A DNA stretch of 64,000 nucleotides from Schleiferiaceae bacterium (GTDB taxonomy: Bacteria > Bacteroidota > Bacteroidia > Flavobacteriales > Schleiferiaceae), in the NCBI GenBank assembly GCA_030833905.1, contig JAURGG010000001.1, forward strand, positions 19,411 through 83,410, in the 5' to 3' direction. The translations under genes and the position numbers were made by a program. How positions within the stretch are numbered: position 1 is the first letter of the stretch; each line of letters begins with the position of its first letter. Positions 63,884 through 64,000 of this stretch are shown piece after piece. The notes below the pieces were generated by a model. That model was not told the origin of the DNA, searched no databases, and worked only from the letters and a program-made list of their open reading frames with translations.

Positions 63884-64000
63884 TGAAAAAGCTCATCGAA
63901 ACCTTTCGGAACATCTGGGCCATCCAGGAGCTTCGTGATAAGATCACGTTGACTCTGGGATTGCTTTTGGTGTACCGCTTGGGTTCTAATGTGGTCCTGC
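63883..64000 (+). CDS. secY: preprotein translocase subunit SecY (5' partial, runs off the window)
   Basis: TAATG overlap with rplO. MKKLIETFRNIWAIQELRDKITLTLGLLLVYRLGSNVVL matches the SecY N-terminus and the spc operon position. Confidence 0.9.
   Translation, partial: MKKLIETFRNIWAIQELRDKITLTLGLLLVYRLGSNVVL

Noticed and set aside
1-64000. CRISPR arrays, IS elements, rRNA genes, prophage or defence islands
   Set aside because: I saw no regularly spaced direct repeats, transposase or integrase-like ORFs, or rRNA-like sequence. Intergenic space is minimal, with the largest gaps about 170 nt (51555-51726) and about 135 nt (39237-39371). Both are explained by divergent promoters.

Overview
This is a compact chromosomal window with a strong GC3 bias. 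It comes from a Bacteroidota genome, probably Flavobacteriia-like, that carries gliding-motility and type IX secretion (T9SS) genes. I call about 75 protein genes and one tRNA-Phe. I see no rRNA, CRISPR array, transposase, integrase or prophage.

Gene content, left to right:
- gldD-gldE-ssb-mutY
- HU, a TPR protein, a 29-aa bS22-like peptide and RNase G
- recX, ltaE/prfB and a 1074-aa T9SS surface protein
- fumC, manC and adk-obg-PAP2-crcB
- a second T9SS surface protein fused into an HMG-CoA reductase / GYDIA-kinase gene string
- tRNA-Phe, then coaX-OMP-TPR-lptC-CBS/hemolysin-ppiD
- rodA-mrdA-mreDCB-purH, an FtsX-type permease and GAF-dgkA
- a three-gene T9SS cassette (cargo, PorP/SprF, cargo)
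- dnaJ-grpE, tlpA-like, murA, DUF4290 and a PcrA/UvrD helicase
- a 12-kb contiguous str-S10-spc ribosomal superoperon ending in a partial secY

The Bacteroidota -7 promoter box TAnnTTTG recurs upstream of most transcription units. In several cases it sits only 4-5 nt from the ATG, which suggests leaderless mRNAs.

I found no clear-cut novel defence or mobile system. The most unusual items are:
- a PorP/SprF protein fused to a coiled coil and a SPOR-like domain, sitting between two type-B-CTD cargos
- a Cys-rich N-terminal module that I could not assign to a family, shared by two distant T9SS proteins
- an untracked bS22-like peptide gene
- an RF2 gene without the programmed frameshift
- an abutting zinc-ribbon / membrane-protein ORF pair in which the second ORF has no usable start codon

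Many long antisense ORFs in the supplied track are artefacts of GC3 bias.
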